DNA from: Octopus vulgaris
Lineage: Eukaryota
Length of the DNA stretch: 64,000 bases
Assembly (NCBI GenBank): GCA_951406725.2
Contig: OX597825.1
Span: 7,254,001 to 7,318,000 of the forward strand
Direction: 5' to 3'
The notes below the pieces were generated by a model that ran no database searches, was not told the DNA's origin, and saw only the letters and a list, made by a program, of their open reading frames with translations. Of the stretch, positions 1-11,190 are shown in pieces (the first letter of the stretch is position 1; each line of letters opens with the position of its first letter). Made by a program: the position numbers and the translations under genes.

Positions 1-309
1 GCACCACTCAGAAACATACCTCAATTATGACTAAATGTACATGAATATTAGATTTTTGCGTCTGTGTATTCATAAATTCTTTCTCCGCTGCAGTTATTTC
101 ATTGGGTCTTTGAAGATGAAAATACTGTTAATAATTATTTGCAACTAGTGACAAACATTACTCGCTAATGTTATCACCAAAGTAAAAGTACCAGAACTTT
201 AAGTAAAGCTACCAACAATTATAATATTTTCCAGGTAGAATAAATGTCTGCAGAGTTAGTATGTTTGGTTTCATAGCAAGAAATAGATTGGCGGTAAATC
301 TTACAATGT

Positions 310-618
310 TTATTCTTTTTGTTCCTTCTTGAGCAATGCCTGGCTCATAAGGGCCGGTTTCCCAGCTTCCTTGGCGAATAGGTTCCCCACCTGGACAGGA
401 CGCCGGTCCATCGCAGGTGAGCTGCAAGATGCAGGAGGAAAGAGTGACAGAAAGTTGTGGCAAAAGAGTCAGCAGAAGTTCGCTGTTACCTTCTGCCGGA
501 GCCGCGTGGATCTTAGGTGTTTCGCTCATAAACAGACACATTGACCAGTCTGAGATTCAAACCTGCGATCCCTTGACCACGAGTCCACTGCTCTAACCAT
601 TAGACTATGTGCCTCCAC
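310..618 (-). mobile_element. tRNA-derived SINE (family D) with 13-bp TSD
   Basis: Minus strand starts TGTGGAGGCACATAGTCTAATGGTTAGAGC (A box) and contains GGTTTGAATCTC (B box). The 3' part CTGCGATGGACCGGCGTCCTGTCCAG is shared with the SINE at 5019. TSD AATCTTACAATGT at 297-309 and 619-631. Confidence 0.85.
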
Positions 619-680
619 AATCTTACAATGTGTAGAGAGTCAATCTATTGTGACATACCCAGATTATGCAACTGGCACTT

Positions 681-1000
681 GTGCTGGTGGCACATGTAAA
701 AAACATTTGGGCGAGGTTGTTGCCAGTGCTGCTGGACTGGCTCCTGTGCAGGGGACACATAAAAAACACCATTCGAGTGTGGCTGTTGCCAGTACCGGCT
801 GACTGACCCTCGTGCCGGTGGTGCATAAAAGCACCCACTACACTCTCGGAGTGGTTGGCGTTAGGAAGGGTATCCAGCTGTAGAAACTCTGCCAAATCAG
901 ATTGGAGTCTAGTGTAGCCATCTGGTTCGCCAGGCCTCAGTCAAATCGTCCAACCCATGCTAGCATGGAAAACGGACGTTAAACGATGATGATGATGATG
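681..1000 (+). mobile_element. SINE 3' portion (family C) with (GAT)n tail
   Basis: Repeated GTGCCGGTGGCACGTAAAAAGCACC-like subunits, then GGAGTGGTTGGCGTTAGGAAGGG...CATGGAAAACGGACGTTAAAC(GAT)n. The sequence recurs many times in the window. Confidence 0.85.
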
Positions 1001-1016
1001 AGGTGAACTGAGTTAA

Positions 1017-1229
1017 CCCTTTCGTTACCCTATTTCTGTTGAGATGCTCTGTGTTACTTTCAATTAAAACAAAGAATTTAGTAAAATAACTTTGTTATCA
1101 TTCAGCTAGTGTTAGGAACATAAATTGTGAATAAGGTTTGGTGGAAAATTTCAATTCAGAACTTTTGAAACACAAGACATTTGTAGTACAGAGCCAGAGG
1201 CAGTTTCAGCTGGGTTGGTATCAAAAAGG
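1017..1229. mobile_element. piggyBac-like MITE
   Basis: TTAA on both sides (1013-1016, 1230-1233). Imperfect 13-bp TIR CCCTTTCGTTACC / GGTATCAAAAAGG (10/13 match) starting with CCC. Confidence 0.65.
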
Positions 1230-1319
1230 TTAAAGTGGAATTAAAGGTTCTCCTCCACTTCCCAACAAAAGACATTTGAACTTTTGTTCACCAATTAGTC
1301 CAATATTCTACCAGCTTTT

Positions 1320-1625
1320 CTGTTTTTTCTATTCTTTTCTTTTTCCCTATTTTAAAAATTTTCTTTGTTCCTTTATACTTTTCCTATTTTTTATTACTTT
1401 TTCCTATTCTCTACTGATTTTACTATTCTTTTCTGTTTTCCAATTCTTTACTGTTTTACCAATTTTTTCTGTTTTTTGTATTCTTTTCTGTCCCCCCTCC
1501 CATTCTTTGCTGTTTTCCTATTCTGTACTGATTATCTTATTCTTTGCTGTTTTCCTATTTCTTTCTGTCGTTCATATTTGTTTTACTGTTTTTGCTATTC
1601 TTTTCTCTCTTTTACTCTTTTACTC
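1320..1625 (-). repeat. Degenerate pyrimidine-rich tandem array, an expanded SINE tail
   Basis: Recurrent TTTTCCTATTC..TACTG units, continuous with the (TTTTACTC)n tail of the adjacent SINE. Confidence 0.55.
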
Positions 1626-1764
1626 TTTTACTTGTTTCAGTCATTTGACTGCGGCCATGCTGGAGCACTGCCTTTAATCGAGCAACTCGACCCCGGGACT
1701 TATTCTTTTTGTAAGCCCAGTACTTATTCTATCGGTCTCTTTTGCCGAACCACTAAGTAACGGG
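1610..1764 (-). mobile_element. SINE family A, 3' half only
   Basis: Minus strand CCCGTTACTTAGTGGTTCGGCAAAAAGAGACCGATAGAATAAG...GACTGAAACAAGTAAAAGAG matches the 3' half of full copies at 37943 and 58030. Confidence 0.9.
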
Positions 1765-1773
1765 AGAAATGGA

Positions 1774-1882
1774 ATGCTTACAGCACCTAGGTTTCCCAAG
1801 CGGTCACCCATCTAAGTACTAACTAGGCTCGATGTTGATTAACTTCGGTGATTGGACGAGAACCGGTGCTTTCAACGTGATG
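1774..1882 (-). pseudogene. 5S rRNA copy lacking the first ~11 nt (pseudogene)
   Basis: Minus strand ATCACGTTGAAAGCACCGGTTCTCGTCCAATCACCGAAGTTAATCAACATCGAGCCTAGTTAGTACTTAGATGGGTGACCGCTTGGGAAACCTAGGTGCTGTAAGCAT is colinear with metazoan 5S rRNA. Box A and box C are recognisable; the 5' strand of helix I is missing. Confidence 0.93.
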
Positions 1883-2599
1883 TTTTTTTTTTTATATTTC
1901 TTTCCTTCAACTTTACCGTTTTTCCCATTTCTTCCTCAGCTTTATACAACAACAAAAACAACATTAACTAAACACTAGCTTAACCAATTCCATGCATTCG
2001 GTGAAAGAACCAACATCATTTACCTATTTCTTTGTATGTCTGGATCAACCTCTTATTTTGTGTACGAAATTCTTCATCGCACTAAAATATCATTCACTTC
2101 TGATTAATGAATAATTAATTAATGATTGAACCGATTATTGTCATATGACTTCTAAGATATGAAGAGATAATATCCCCACCCCCATCATTCTCCTCATCAT
2201 CCTCATCGTTGCTGTTTCTCTTATTTCCTCTTGAATTTTAAGGACATTCATAATATATATGGCGATTGTACCATTTAGGTAAGGCTTTCACCTGCCACTG
2301 TCATTGCCAACTAAGTCATGTTTACCATTATTTATGTTATTCTTGTCTTTGATTCTTGGAGCCAATCACAACTTAGATTTATTTTGTTCTTTATACTGAA
2401 TGCTCACAGTAAAGAAGTTTCCTGTTTTATTCTTCATATTTTCTCCAAAAATTGGTTTCATGAAACTCAAGAGTTATGAATTTTGAAATTTCATCGTCAG
2501 TAAATAAATGTATATATATACATTATCAGCATTGTCACCATTACAGCTGCCAACATTGTCATCAAAATAATATTTATAATAATAATAATAATAATAATA

Positions 2600-2655
<56 letters not shown>

Positions 2656-2665
2656 TGATAATAAT

Positions 2666-3218
2666 GTCCTGATGCAGTACCAGGCAGTTCTTCTCATGGT
2701 TTCTGATCTTAACTGATTGGAAGTGTTATCCTGTACATTGTTTTGTCTTGGTATTAAAGATGGGCTACAGCAAATATTCTGCTCAATACCACAGATTTGC
2801 TTGTCAGTTGTTTGACCTTAACCAGTTGAGCATGTCCCTTTGTGGCTGACGATATGTGCAATTCTGATCATGAGCAGAAGTAGTGGGGGAGCATCATAGC
2901 CATGTGTTGAGAGGGATTCTTTAGAGTTTGGATAATTTATTTCAGGAAACATGGGTGTTTCATTCAACATCCTTAAACAATCCCTATTCAGGGACCTTTT
3001 GAGTGGGATGGGCTACTCAACCAGAAGAAAATTCTAGCTGGGCCCCATCTGCAAGGTCATGTGCTGTTTTTTTTTTATATGTGATTAACACGTCGTGCAC
3101 ATGTTGTGATGCATGTGCCTGGTGTACCCTTATCAGGTGGGTAGTCATGATGGGTATATTGGGCTTCGTATATTTTACTGCAGTGTCACTTTGATGGATG
3201 CACTGCTCTCTCACTCAA
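2666..3218 (+). repeat. Probable interspersed repeat embedded in (AAT)n
   Basis: A ~550-bp block of higher GC and complexity bounded by (AAT)n on both sides. Class not determinable here. Confidence 0.4.
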
Positions 3219-3239
3219 TAATAATAATGATAAGATGGG

Positions 3240-3440
3240 CAGCAAGCCTGAAATTTGTGGGGAAAAGGCTAATCCCTTACATCGACCACTGTGCTTAACT
3301 CATTCTTATTTTTATTAACCCCAAAAGGATGAAAGGCAAAGTTGACCTTGGTGGAATTTGAACTCAGAACAAGAAGACAGACGAAATGCTGTCGAGCATT
3401 TCACCCACTGTGCTAATAATTCTGCCACCTCACTACCTTA
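3240..3440 (-). mobile_element. tRNA-derived SINE family B (Nin/Deu-domain type), diverged
   Basis: AAAGGATGAAAGGCAAAGTTGACCTTGGTGGAATTTGAACTCAGAAC core shared with many copies. Confidence 0.8.
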
Positions 3441-3457
3441 GCCAGCTCACATCATTA

Positions 3458-3510
<53 letters not shown>

Positions 3511-3525
3511 GGAATAATAATGATG

Positions 3526-3586
<61 letters not shown>

Positions 3587-3899
3587 TGTGTAAGTAGGTT
3601 TTGAATACATATATGCAGTAAGAAAAATCAAAGAATGATTTTGAAAACAATCAATGTTTATTAATTAAAATATGTCAAAAGCAGTATGAAGTGTATTATA
3701 AGCATATTAATGAAATATGTTCTGCTACTTAAAGAAACAATCTAAATATTGACCTAATAATACTTTGGGTTCATGAAGAGATTAATATCTTGGTTTTTAA
3801 TTAATGAATGTACTTAAAAATATATAGAATTAGTCAGGTAGTTATTTTTAGTTATCATTACTTATAAGTAGAACGTATAAAAATAGTTGAACATATATA

Positions 3900-3934
<35 letters not shown>

Positions 3935-4315
3935 CATAAGTCATATGTGTGTCTATTGTTAGTTAGATATACTTAAATGCATATATGAAAATAACTCGCA
4001 GCTTTGCAAAAGTGAACCACAAATTGAAAAGAATTAGGCTAGCTTTTAAAATCACATACACACACACAGACACACACACACACACACATATTTATGAATA
4101 TACACAATAGTGTTGTCGTTGTGGTTATACCTCAAGATTGAGGATGATGGATTTTGTTTTTGTTTTTCATTTTTTTTTTTTGGTCTCTTTTTAGTTATTG
4201 ATAGATTCTCAGGTGAATAATGAATCCAATTCTTGTCCAGAAGTTCCTTTCACAAGTGGAACAAATAGTTCCAAATGGATGCTCCCTTCTAGGTTGTTTT
4301 TGTCTATCTTTTCAG

Positions 4316-4605
4316 TAGATGGAAACTGAAAGAAGCTTGTCGTATATATGTATGTATGTATATATATATATATGTATGTGCGTGTATGTCTTTGTGTCTC
4401 AGTGTTAGTTCCCCCAACATTGCTTGACAACTGATGCTGGTGTGTTTACGTCCCCGTAACTTAGCGGTTCGGCAAAAGAGACCGATAGAATAAGTACTAG
4501 GCTTACAAAGAATAAGTCTTGGGGTCGATTTGCTCGACTAAAAAGGTGGTGCTCCAGCATGGCCACAGTCAAAATGACTGAAACAAGTAAAAGAATAAAA
4601 GAATA
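4316..4605 (+). mobile_element. SINE family A, 5'-truncated
   Basis: GGAAACTGAAAGAAG-(TA/TG)n-...GCTCCAGCATGGCCACAGTCAAAATGACTGAAACAAGTAAAAG. Confidence 0.9.
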
Positions 4606-5018
4606 ACTAAAGAAATTCTGGCCCCAATAATATGGGGTTGATATCAAAAAGGGTTTGTTTTATAAACTTTGAAAATTTATTTATTTCAACACATTACATT
4701 CCTACATCTAAAATGGCAGCTAAATATAGATATGTCACATGCCTGAACTTTACAAAGGCAAACAGAAGGGAAACAATACAAAATGAAAATACTCAACTGA
4801 ATGAACAAAAAGAAGGAGAAAATCAACTGTTTACCGAATGATTGATTGAAAAAGATATAAATATCAGAAACACATAGATTCTAAGATAGTAACAACAATG
4901 AAATATTCAGCATAAAAGTGTGTTTTTCAAAGCTTAAAGAAAAACATTGAGTAAAAGTTACACTTGAAACCTTCAACAGGCTCAGAATATTATTCTCTTA
5001 CTAAATATATCTCTTAGT

Positions 5019-5278
5019 GGAGGCGTGTGGCTTAGTGGTTAGGGTGTCAGCATCATGATCGTAAGATTGTGGTTTCGATTCCTGGACCGGGTGACGCGTT
5101 GTGTTCTTGAGCAAAACACTTCATTTCACATTGCTCCAGTCCACTCAGCTGGCAAAAATGAGTAACGCTGCGATGGACTGGCGTCCCGTCCAGCTGGGGA
5201 ACACATATGCCATAGAAACCGGGAAACCGGGCCCATGAGCCTGGCTAGGCTTTAAAATGTTGCATTTATTATTTATTG
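5019..5278 (+). mobile_element. tRNA-derived SINE (family D), full length with 15-bp TSD
   Basis: A box TGGCTTAGTGG and B box GGTTTCGATTCC. TSD AATATATCTCTTAGT at 5004-5018 and 5279-5293. Confidence 0.9.
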
Positions 5279-5981
5279 AATATATCTCTTAGTCATATAC
5301 TGTAATTTTGTGAGAGAGAAAATTTCTTCACTGTAAATGATAAATAGGTGTAAACATACCAAGTCAGTTTGTAGTGTCCCTTAACCAGACTGTTCGATGC
5401 ATACACTTTGGAGTGGTTATTTCCACTTCAGCAACAGAAACTAGAAAGACAGATGTTGTGAACTGACACTGATTACATTCCCATTACTGTACAATGACAG
5501 GTTCTCCCATTTGACAGCTCACTGTAAACAAAATACAGAGTGACAACACTAAGCAGTGAGCACTGTTACTCTGTATCTGTTAGCCATTGCATTCTCCCTC
5601 TCAAGTGAATTCGTATCAGATAAATTCCCCGATAAAATCCCCAAAGTCATTGCTCAGAGATGTTGATGGCTTCAACAGTCAATATTTCACTTGCTCTGCC
5701 AAACACCAACACACCGAATGTGGTTGCTAGTGTTCAATGGTTTTATTTTATTCTAACCAATTTAAGGATTTTTATCTTATGGAAACTGGCCTGAAAGATG
5801 GAATGTGTTGATTAAGAAATGTATTTGGCAATGAAGTAATATCTCGAAGGCATCAAAGGTTTCTCAGGAAAAAATTTATTTGCTATTTGTTTTCCTGACT
5901 TTCAGAAAAGCATTTCCATGCTGAAATATCAGTTAATACACATTGTAGAAAAATATATTTTACTGTTTGGTAATTAGATTT

Positions 5982-6161
5982 CATTTTATTATCGTCAGCA
6001 TTTAATGTCCCTTTTGTCAACATGGCAAAAGGGTCATTAATCCTTTAGCATTTAAACCAGACATATCCAGCCATTTTATTATCGTCAGCATTTAATGTCC
6101 CTTTTGTCAACATGGCAAAAGGGACATTAATCCTTTAGCATTTAAACCAGACATATCCAGC
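5982..6161. repeat. 90-bp tandem duplication containing a 15-bp inverted repeat
   Basis: 5982-6071 and 6072-6161 differ at one base. Each holds TTAATGTCCCTTTTG-N9-CAAAAGGG(T/A)CATTAA. Confidence 0.9.
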
Positions 6162-6272
6162 CAAAATATCCATCTGTTTTATGCTCCAACTGGCCACAAC
6201 CAGCCTCTTGTGCCAACCCTACAATATCATTGTAAAAATTAAGAGTTACCTCATCAAAGATTTAAAAGCTAC
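6127..6272 (+). mobile_element. Partial TTAA-type MITE (same family as 24231-24461)
   Basis: TTAATCCTTTAGCATTTAAACCAGACATATCCAGCCAAAATAT... aligns with the 24.2 kb copy. Confidence 0.6.
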
Positions 6273-6277
6273 AAAAT

Positions 6278-6440
6278 GATCTTTTCTACTCTAGGCACAA
6301 GGACCGAAATTTTTGGGGAGAGGACCAGTTGATTAGATTGCCCCAGTACGCAACTGGTACTTAATTTATCGACTCTGAAAGGTTGAAAGACAAAGTCAAC
6401 CTCAGCGGGATTTGAACTCAGAATGTAAAAACTCGGCATA
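6278..6440 (-). mobile_element. SINE family B, 5'-truncated
   Basis: CTGGTACTTAATTTATCGAC...GACAAAGTCAACCTCAGCGGGATTTGAACTCAGAA. Confidence 0.8.
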
Positions 6441-6519
6441 TTCACATTATATTGTCTCCGCGCCAACATGGAACCCAGATCTTTTGTAGCACCTCAAACA
6501 TACTGATATTGGCACAGAT

Positions 6520-6941
6520 TTACTCTTTTACTTGTTTAAGTCATTTGACTGTGGCCATAGTGGAGCACTGCCTTTAGTCGAGCAATTCGATCCCAGGACT
6601 TATTCTTTGTAAGCCTTGTACTTATTCTATCGGTCTCCTTTTACTGAACCACTAAGTTACAGGGACGTAAACACACCAGCATCGGTTGTCAGGCGATGTT
6701 GGGGGGACAAACACAGACACACAAACATATACACACACCCATACATACATAAATATATACATATATATATATATACATATATACGATGGGTTTCTTTCAG
6801 TTTCCGTCAACCAAATCCACTCACAAGGCTTTGGTCGGCCCGAGGCTATAGTAGAAGATACTTACCCAAGGTGCCACGCAGTGGAACTGAACCCGGAACC
6901 ATGTGGTTCATAAGCAAGCTACTTACCACACAGCCACTCCT
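6520..6941 (-). mobile_element. SINE family A, full length
   Basis: tRNA-like head GAGTGGCTGTGTGGTAAGTAGC...GGTTCAGTTCC, CORE-like CACCTTGGGTAAGTATCTT, internal (TA)n and AAAAGAGT tail. Confidence 0.9.
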
Positions 6942-7409
6942 ATGAATTTTGATTTATGATTTATAAATTTTGATTTGTGATTTAATGAATTTTGATTTAT
7001 GGTTTATGATTTGTGAATTTTGAGTCCAGGAAAGCTTGTTATTACACCAGGACATTAAACCATACTTGTTTTAAAAAGTATTAAGCCATACTTGCCACTC
7101 TTCTGTATTCTTTCCTAATATTGTTTCTATATTCAATACAATATCATGTATCGAAATTGTTTGTACCAAAACCCTGTTCCTTTCTATGGTCTTTAGATGT
7201 AGGATGGTTGCCTACAATGCGTTGGGAGAAATTCCTCTTGTCTTAACTATAGAAAATATTTGTTTTAATGTCTCTAATGCTTATGACAAACTGAGATCAA
7301 AACTAGAATTCTACTGTTTTTTCCTTTGTTTCTACTCTTACAGTTTATATACTTATGTCATTTATTTATTTATCTATATATATGTGTGTTTATTACATAT
7401 ACATATAAG

Positions 7410-7454
<45 letters not shown>

Positions 7455-7963
7455 GTATGTATATATATATATATGAATATATAGATACATACCATACACA
7501 CACACACAAATATATTTATGTATGTATGTAAATATATGTATGCATGTATATGTGAGTGTGTGTAGTGTAACGATACTCCACACCCGCCACCCGAGAGCAG
7601 AGAATGAACAACAAAGCCAGCTTAAATCAATATGATCTGTAAATCAAATTGAGAGCAACAGTTCATATTTTGATCACATCTGTTCAAAAGCCAGCAAAAG
7701 TCAACCAAAGACACTGTCTCTCTCTTCCTCTCCTGCACACAGACAGACAGACACACACACACACACACACATACATGTATGTATTCAAATAAACGTTCAC
7801 ATTAAATCGCCACCACCACCACCACCTCTTACTCAAACACACACATATATCTATACATACACTGACAATTTCATATTATTCTACCCCCCGCCTTGTATGT
7901 AAATATATGTAAATCTGTATGCACATATATATATATATATATCTGTATCTCTCTCTCTAACTG

Positions 7964-7994
<31 letters not shown>

Positions 7995-8049
7995 CTGTAT
8001 CTTTCTCTCTATCTGTGCATATATATATATATATATATACAGATTTCCA

Positions 8050-8114
<65 letters not shown>

Positions 8115-8505
8115 ATATATATCTGTATCTGTCTCTCTATCTGTGCATATATATGTATATATACAATGTGCAAGTGTGTGTGACTGTGCATATGCATGTA
8201 CAGACAGACACAGAAATGTGCAGTCTTATGTAATACTTTACCTCCTCCACCCCTAATCACCACCACCACCACCCGTCAGTTCCCCCGCCATCTTACACAT
8301 AGAAATAATCAGAGAAATAAATCTGTTCTGTGGCTCCAAATATAATCCCTTGTTGTATTTGTGTGTATTTGTAGAAAGAATTCCTGGGAAAATCTGTCTG
8401 CATCACCATGTGGACCGGTTCAATAACAAAACTTGGTTTCCAACTGATGTCTCATTCGTGATTTGCTATTATATATGTATCGGAAACGATCAACAACGTT
8501 GAAGA

Positions 8506-8507
8506 TG

Positions 8508-8568
<61 letters not shown>

Positions 8569-8585
8569 TAATAATAATAAAAATT

Positions 8586-8650
<65 letters not shown>

Positions 8651-8752
8651 AAAAATATTAATAATAATAATAAAAATATTAATAATAATAATAATAAAAA
8701 TATTAATAATAATTATAATAATAATAATAACAACAACAGCAACAACAATAAT
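8506..8752. repeat. (AAT)n microsatellite
   Basis: Seen directly. Confidence 0.95.
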
Positions 8753-9081
8753 AGTTTCTATTACGCAGTCAACACTTGTTTTGTGAACTGTTGAACTTGT
8801 ATCGGTAGCGTTTTTATTATTCAACTACCATCATTTAACGAACAACAAACATAGAAATAGTAACGACTGACTGAAATCCCACCCCTCCCTCGCCCTCCTC
8901 TATGCGTACGCACATACAGCCACAGTCACACGCACCGTGTACGCAGAAATATTGTTCAGACACTATGCGTACTTGAATGTGTGTGCGTGTGTATATTTGT
9001 ATATTCTTACACATACATATGCACAGACATACAAATGTGTATATATACATGTGTGTGCACGCATGTATATATATATATATA

Positions 9082-9275
9082 TGTGCGGGTGGCACGTAAA
9101 AAGCACCCACTACACTCTCGGAGTGGTTGGCGTTAGGAAGGGCATCCAGCCGTAGAAACGCTGCCAGATTTGACTGGGCCTGATGAAGCCTTCTGGCTTC
9201 ACAGACCCCAGTAGAACCGTCCAACCCATGCTAGCATGGAAAACAGACGCTAAACGATGATGATGATGATGATGA

Positions 9276-9336
<61 letters not shown>

Positions 9337-9520
9337 TAGATAGATATTTGTAGCACTCACTACACTCATGGAGTGTTTGGCATTAGGAAGGGCATCCAGC
9401 TGTAGAAACATTGCCAGATCAGATTGGAGCCTGGTGCAGCTGCTGGTTTTCCAGACCTCAGTTAAACCGTCCAACCCATGCCGGCATGGAAAACGGACGT
9501 TAATCGATGATGATGATGAG
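9082..9520 (+). mobile_element. Two tandem SINE family C fragments separated by (TA)n
   Basis: GGAGTGGTTGGCGTTAGGAAGGGCATCCAGC...CATGGAAAAC..ACG.TAA.(GAT)n occurs twice. Confidence 0.85.
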
Positions 9521-9547
9521 GAGGAGGAGGATGATATATATCATTAT

Positions 9548-9629
9548 CATCAATTTATGCCTGTCTTCCACATTGGCACTGGTTGGACCATCAATTTATG
9601 CCTGTCTTCCACATTGGCACTGGTTGGAC
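9548..9629. repeat. Perfect 41-bp tandem duplication
   Basis: CATCAATTTATGCCTGTCTTCCACATTGGCACTGGTTGGAC x2; resembles a decayed family C tail in minus orientation. Confidence 0.9.
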
Positions 9630-10689
9630 AGTTTGAGAAGATCTGATGTCAGAAGGTTGTTCTATCTGCTAATATCTATTTTGCCTAAAGGCAGCGGGCT
9701 GGCAGAAACGTAGCAAGGAGAAAAGCATGATGGGGTGAATCCAGTTAGAGGGCCCCTGTTGTGTGTAGTGACATTATGCTTCTAGAACCTCAAATTTACA
9801 GTGATAAACTTGTCTTCTTGAGCACCACAAATTGCCAGTGGATTTAGCAAAATTCTAAATATCAGATCTGCATTACTTGTTTGGTGCGAGAGTTGTTTGG
9901 AATGGTGTGTATGGTCACCTCGGTCTCATTTTACTGTTAGATGGACAGAGGATGGACAAGATGAATATATTAAGCACAAATACAACATCAATGGTTTGGT
10001 AGACATGATACCCCGGAAAAATTATAAACTGACACAACCTCTTAAAACATTGTCAAAAGGTCCTGTGTTTACCCCCTTCCAGAAACAGATCAAGTATCAA
10101 TATATTGTTGTTATATAGCCCTGAGTATTTCCTGATCAAGTAACATCAAGATCAAAGGAGGTTTCAGGTCAGACTATAATTGATTTTCTCAGACACAGTA
10201 TATCATTGAACACATTATCAATATTGCCGTCTTTTTTTTTTTCAGACAGTAATATATGATTTGAAACAAAGTTGGCTGTTATTTCTAGCTGATTACTCAG
10301 GGCTGTAGAGGCTCCTTCGTTAACACAAGCATGAAAAAGATGGAAATACTTGGTAGGTGTATAAATAGGTTAACTGCCGTATTTAAGTCAGAGAAGAGGG
10401 GAAGCGGGGAAATAGGGCTGCATCTAAATTCTAAATGAACATATCAAAGGGACGTGTGTATAAGGGGTTTGTATTGATTGTAGATTGGGTGAGCAAGTAT
10501 GTATACAGATATATTGTCTTTATGTTGAATTATGTATGTGTTTATGTTGGTTTATAATGATCGTGTGTGTGTGTAAAAGATTGCAGTGGGTGTGGGTGTG
10601 TGCACATATACGCATATATATGTTAAAGTGTGTGTTTGTTTTTGTAATGATCAAATATATAAAAGGTTGCAGTGAATGTGTAATATATA

Positions 10690-11190
10690 TATGTGTGTGT
10701 ATGTGTGTATATGTATGTGAGTGTATATGCATGTATGTGTGTGTATATGTGTATGTATGATGTATGTATGTATGTTGTATGTGTATGTATGTATGATGTG
10801 TGTGTGTATGTATGTGTATGTAGGTATGTATAATGTATGTATGTTGCATGTGTGTGTATATATGATGTATGTATGTTGTATGTGTGTGTATGTATGATGT
10901 ATGTATATGTGTATGTATGTTGTATGTGTGTATGTATGTGTATGTAGGTATGTATGTATGATGTATGTATGTTGTATGTGTATGTATGATGTGTGTATGT
11001 ATGTGTATATGTATGTGTATGTAGGTATGCATGTATGATGTATGTATGTTGTATGTGTGTATGTATGATGTATGTGCGTATGTATGATGTATGTGCGTAT
11101 GTATGTATGTATGTATGTATGTATGATGTATGTATAAGTATTTATATATGTATGTATATATGTATGATGCATGTATGTGTATATATGTAA
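10690..11190. repeat. (TATG/TGTA)n compound microsatellite
   Basis: Seen directly. Confidence 0.9.

Noticed and set aside
20-107. Possible minus-strand exon PNEITAAEKEFMNTQTQKSNIHVHLVIIE with GAG|GTATGT donor
   Set aside because: The acceptor is a weak AAG and there is no recognisable homology; open frames of this size are common by chance.
4195-4292. Possible + strand exon LLIDSQVNNESNSCPEVPFTSGTNSSKWMLPS after a strong polypyrimidine tract
   Set aside because: The donor is weak (GTTGTT), there is no homology, and the opposite strand is equally open.
5019-5092. tRNA gene
   Set aside because: It is the tRNA-like head of a TSD-flanked SINE; the same applies to the other heads.
7197-7240. 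CRMVAYNALGE, resembling the end of an Ig/FN3 domain
   Set aside because: It is too short, the rest of the domain is absent, and the frame runs into microsatellite.
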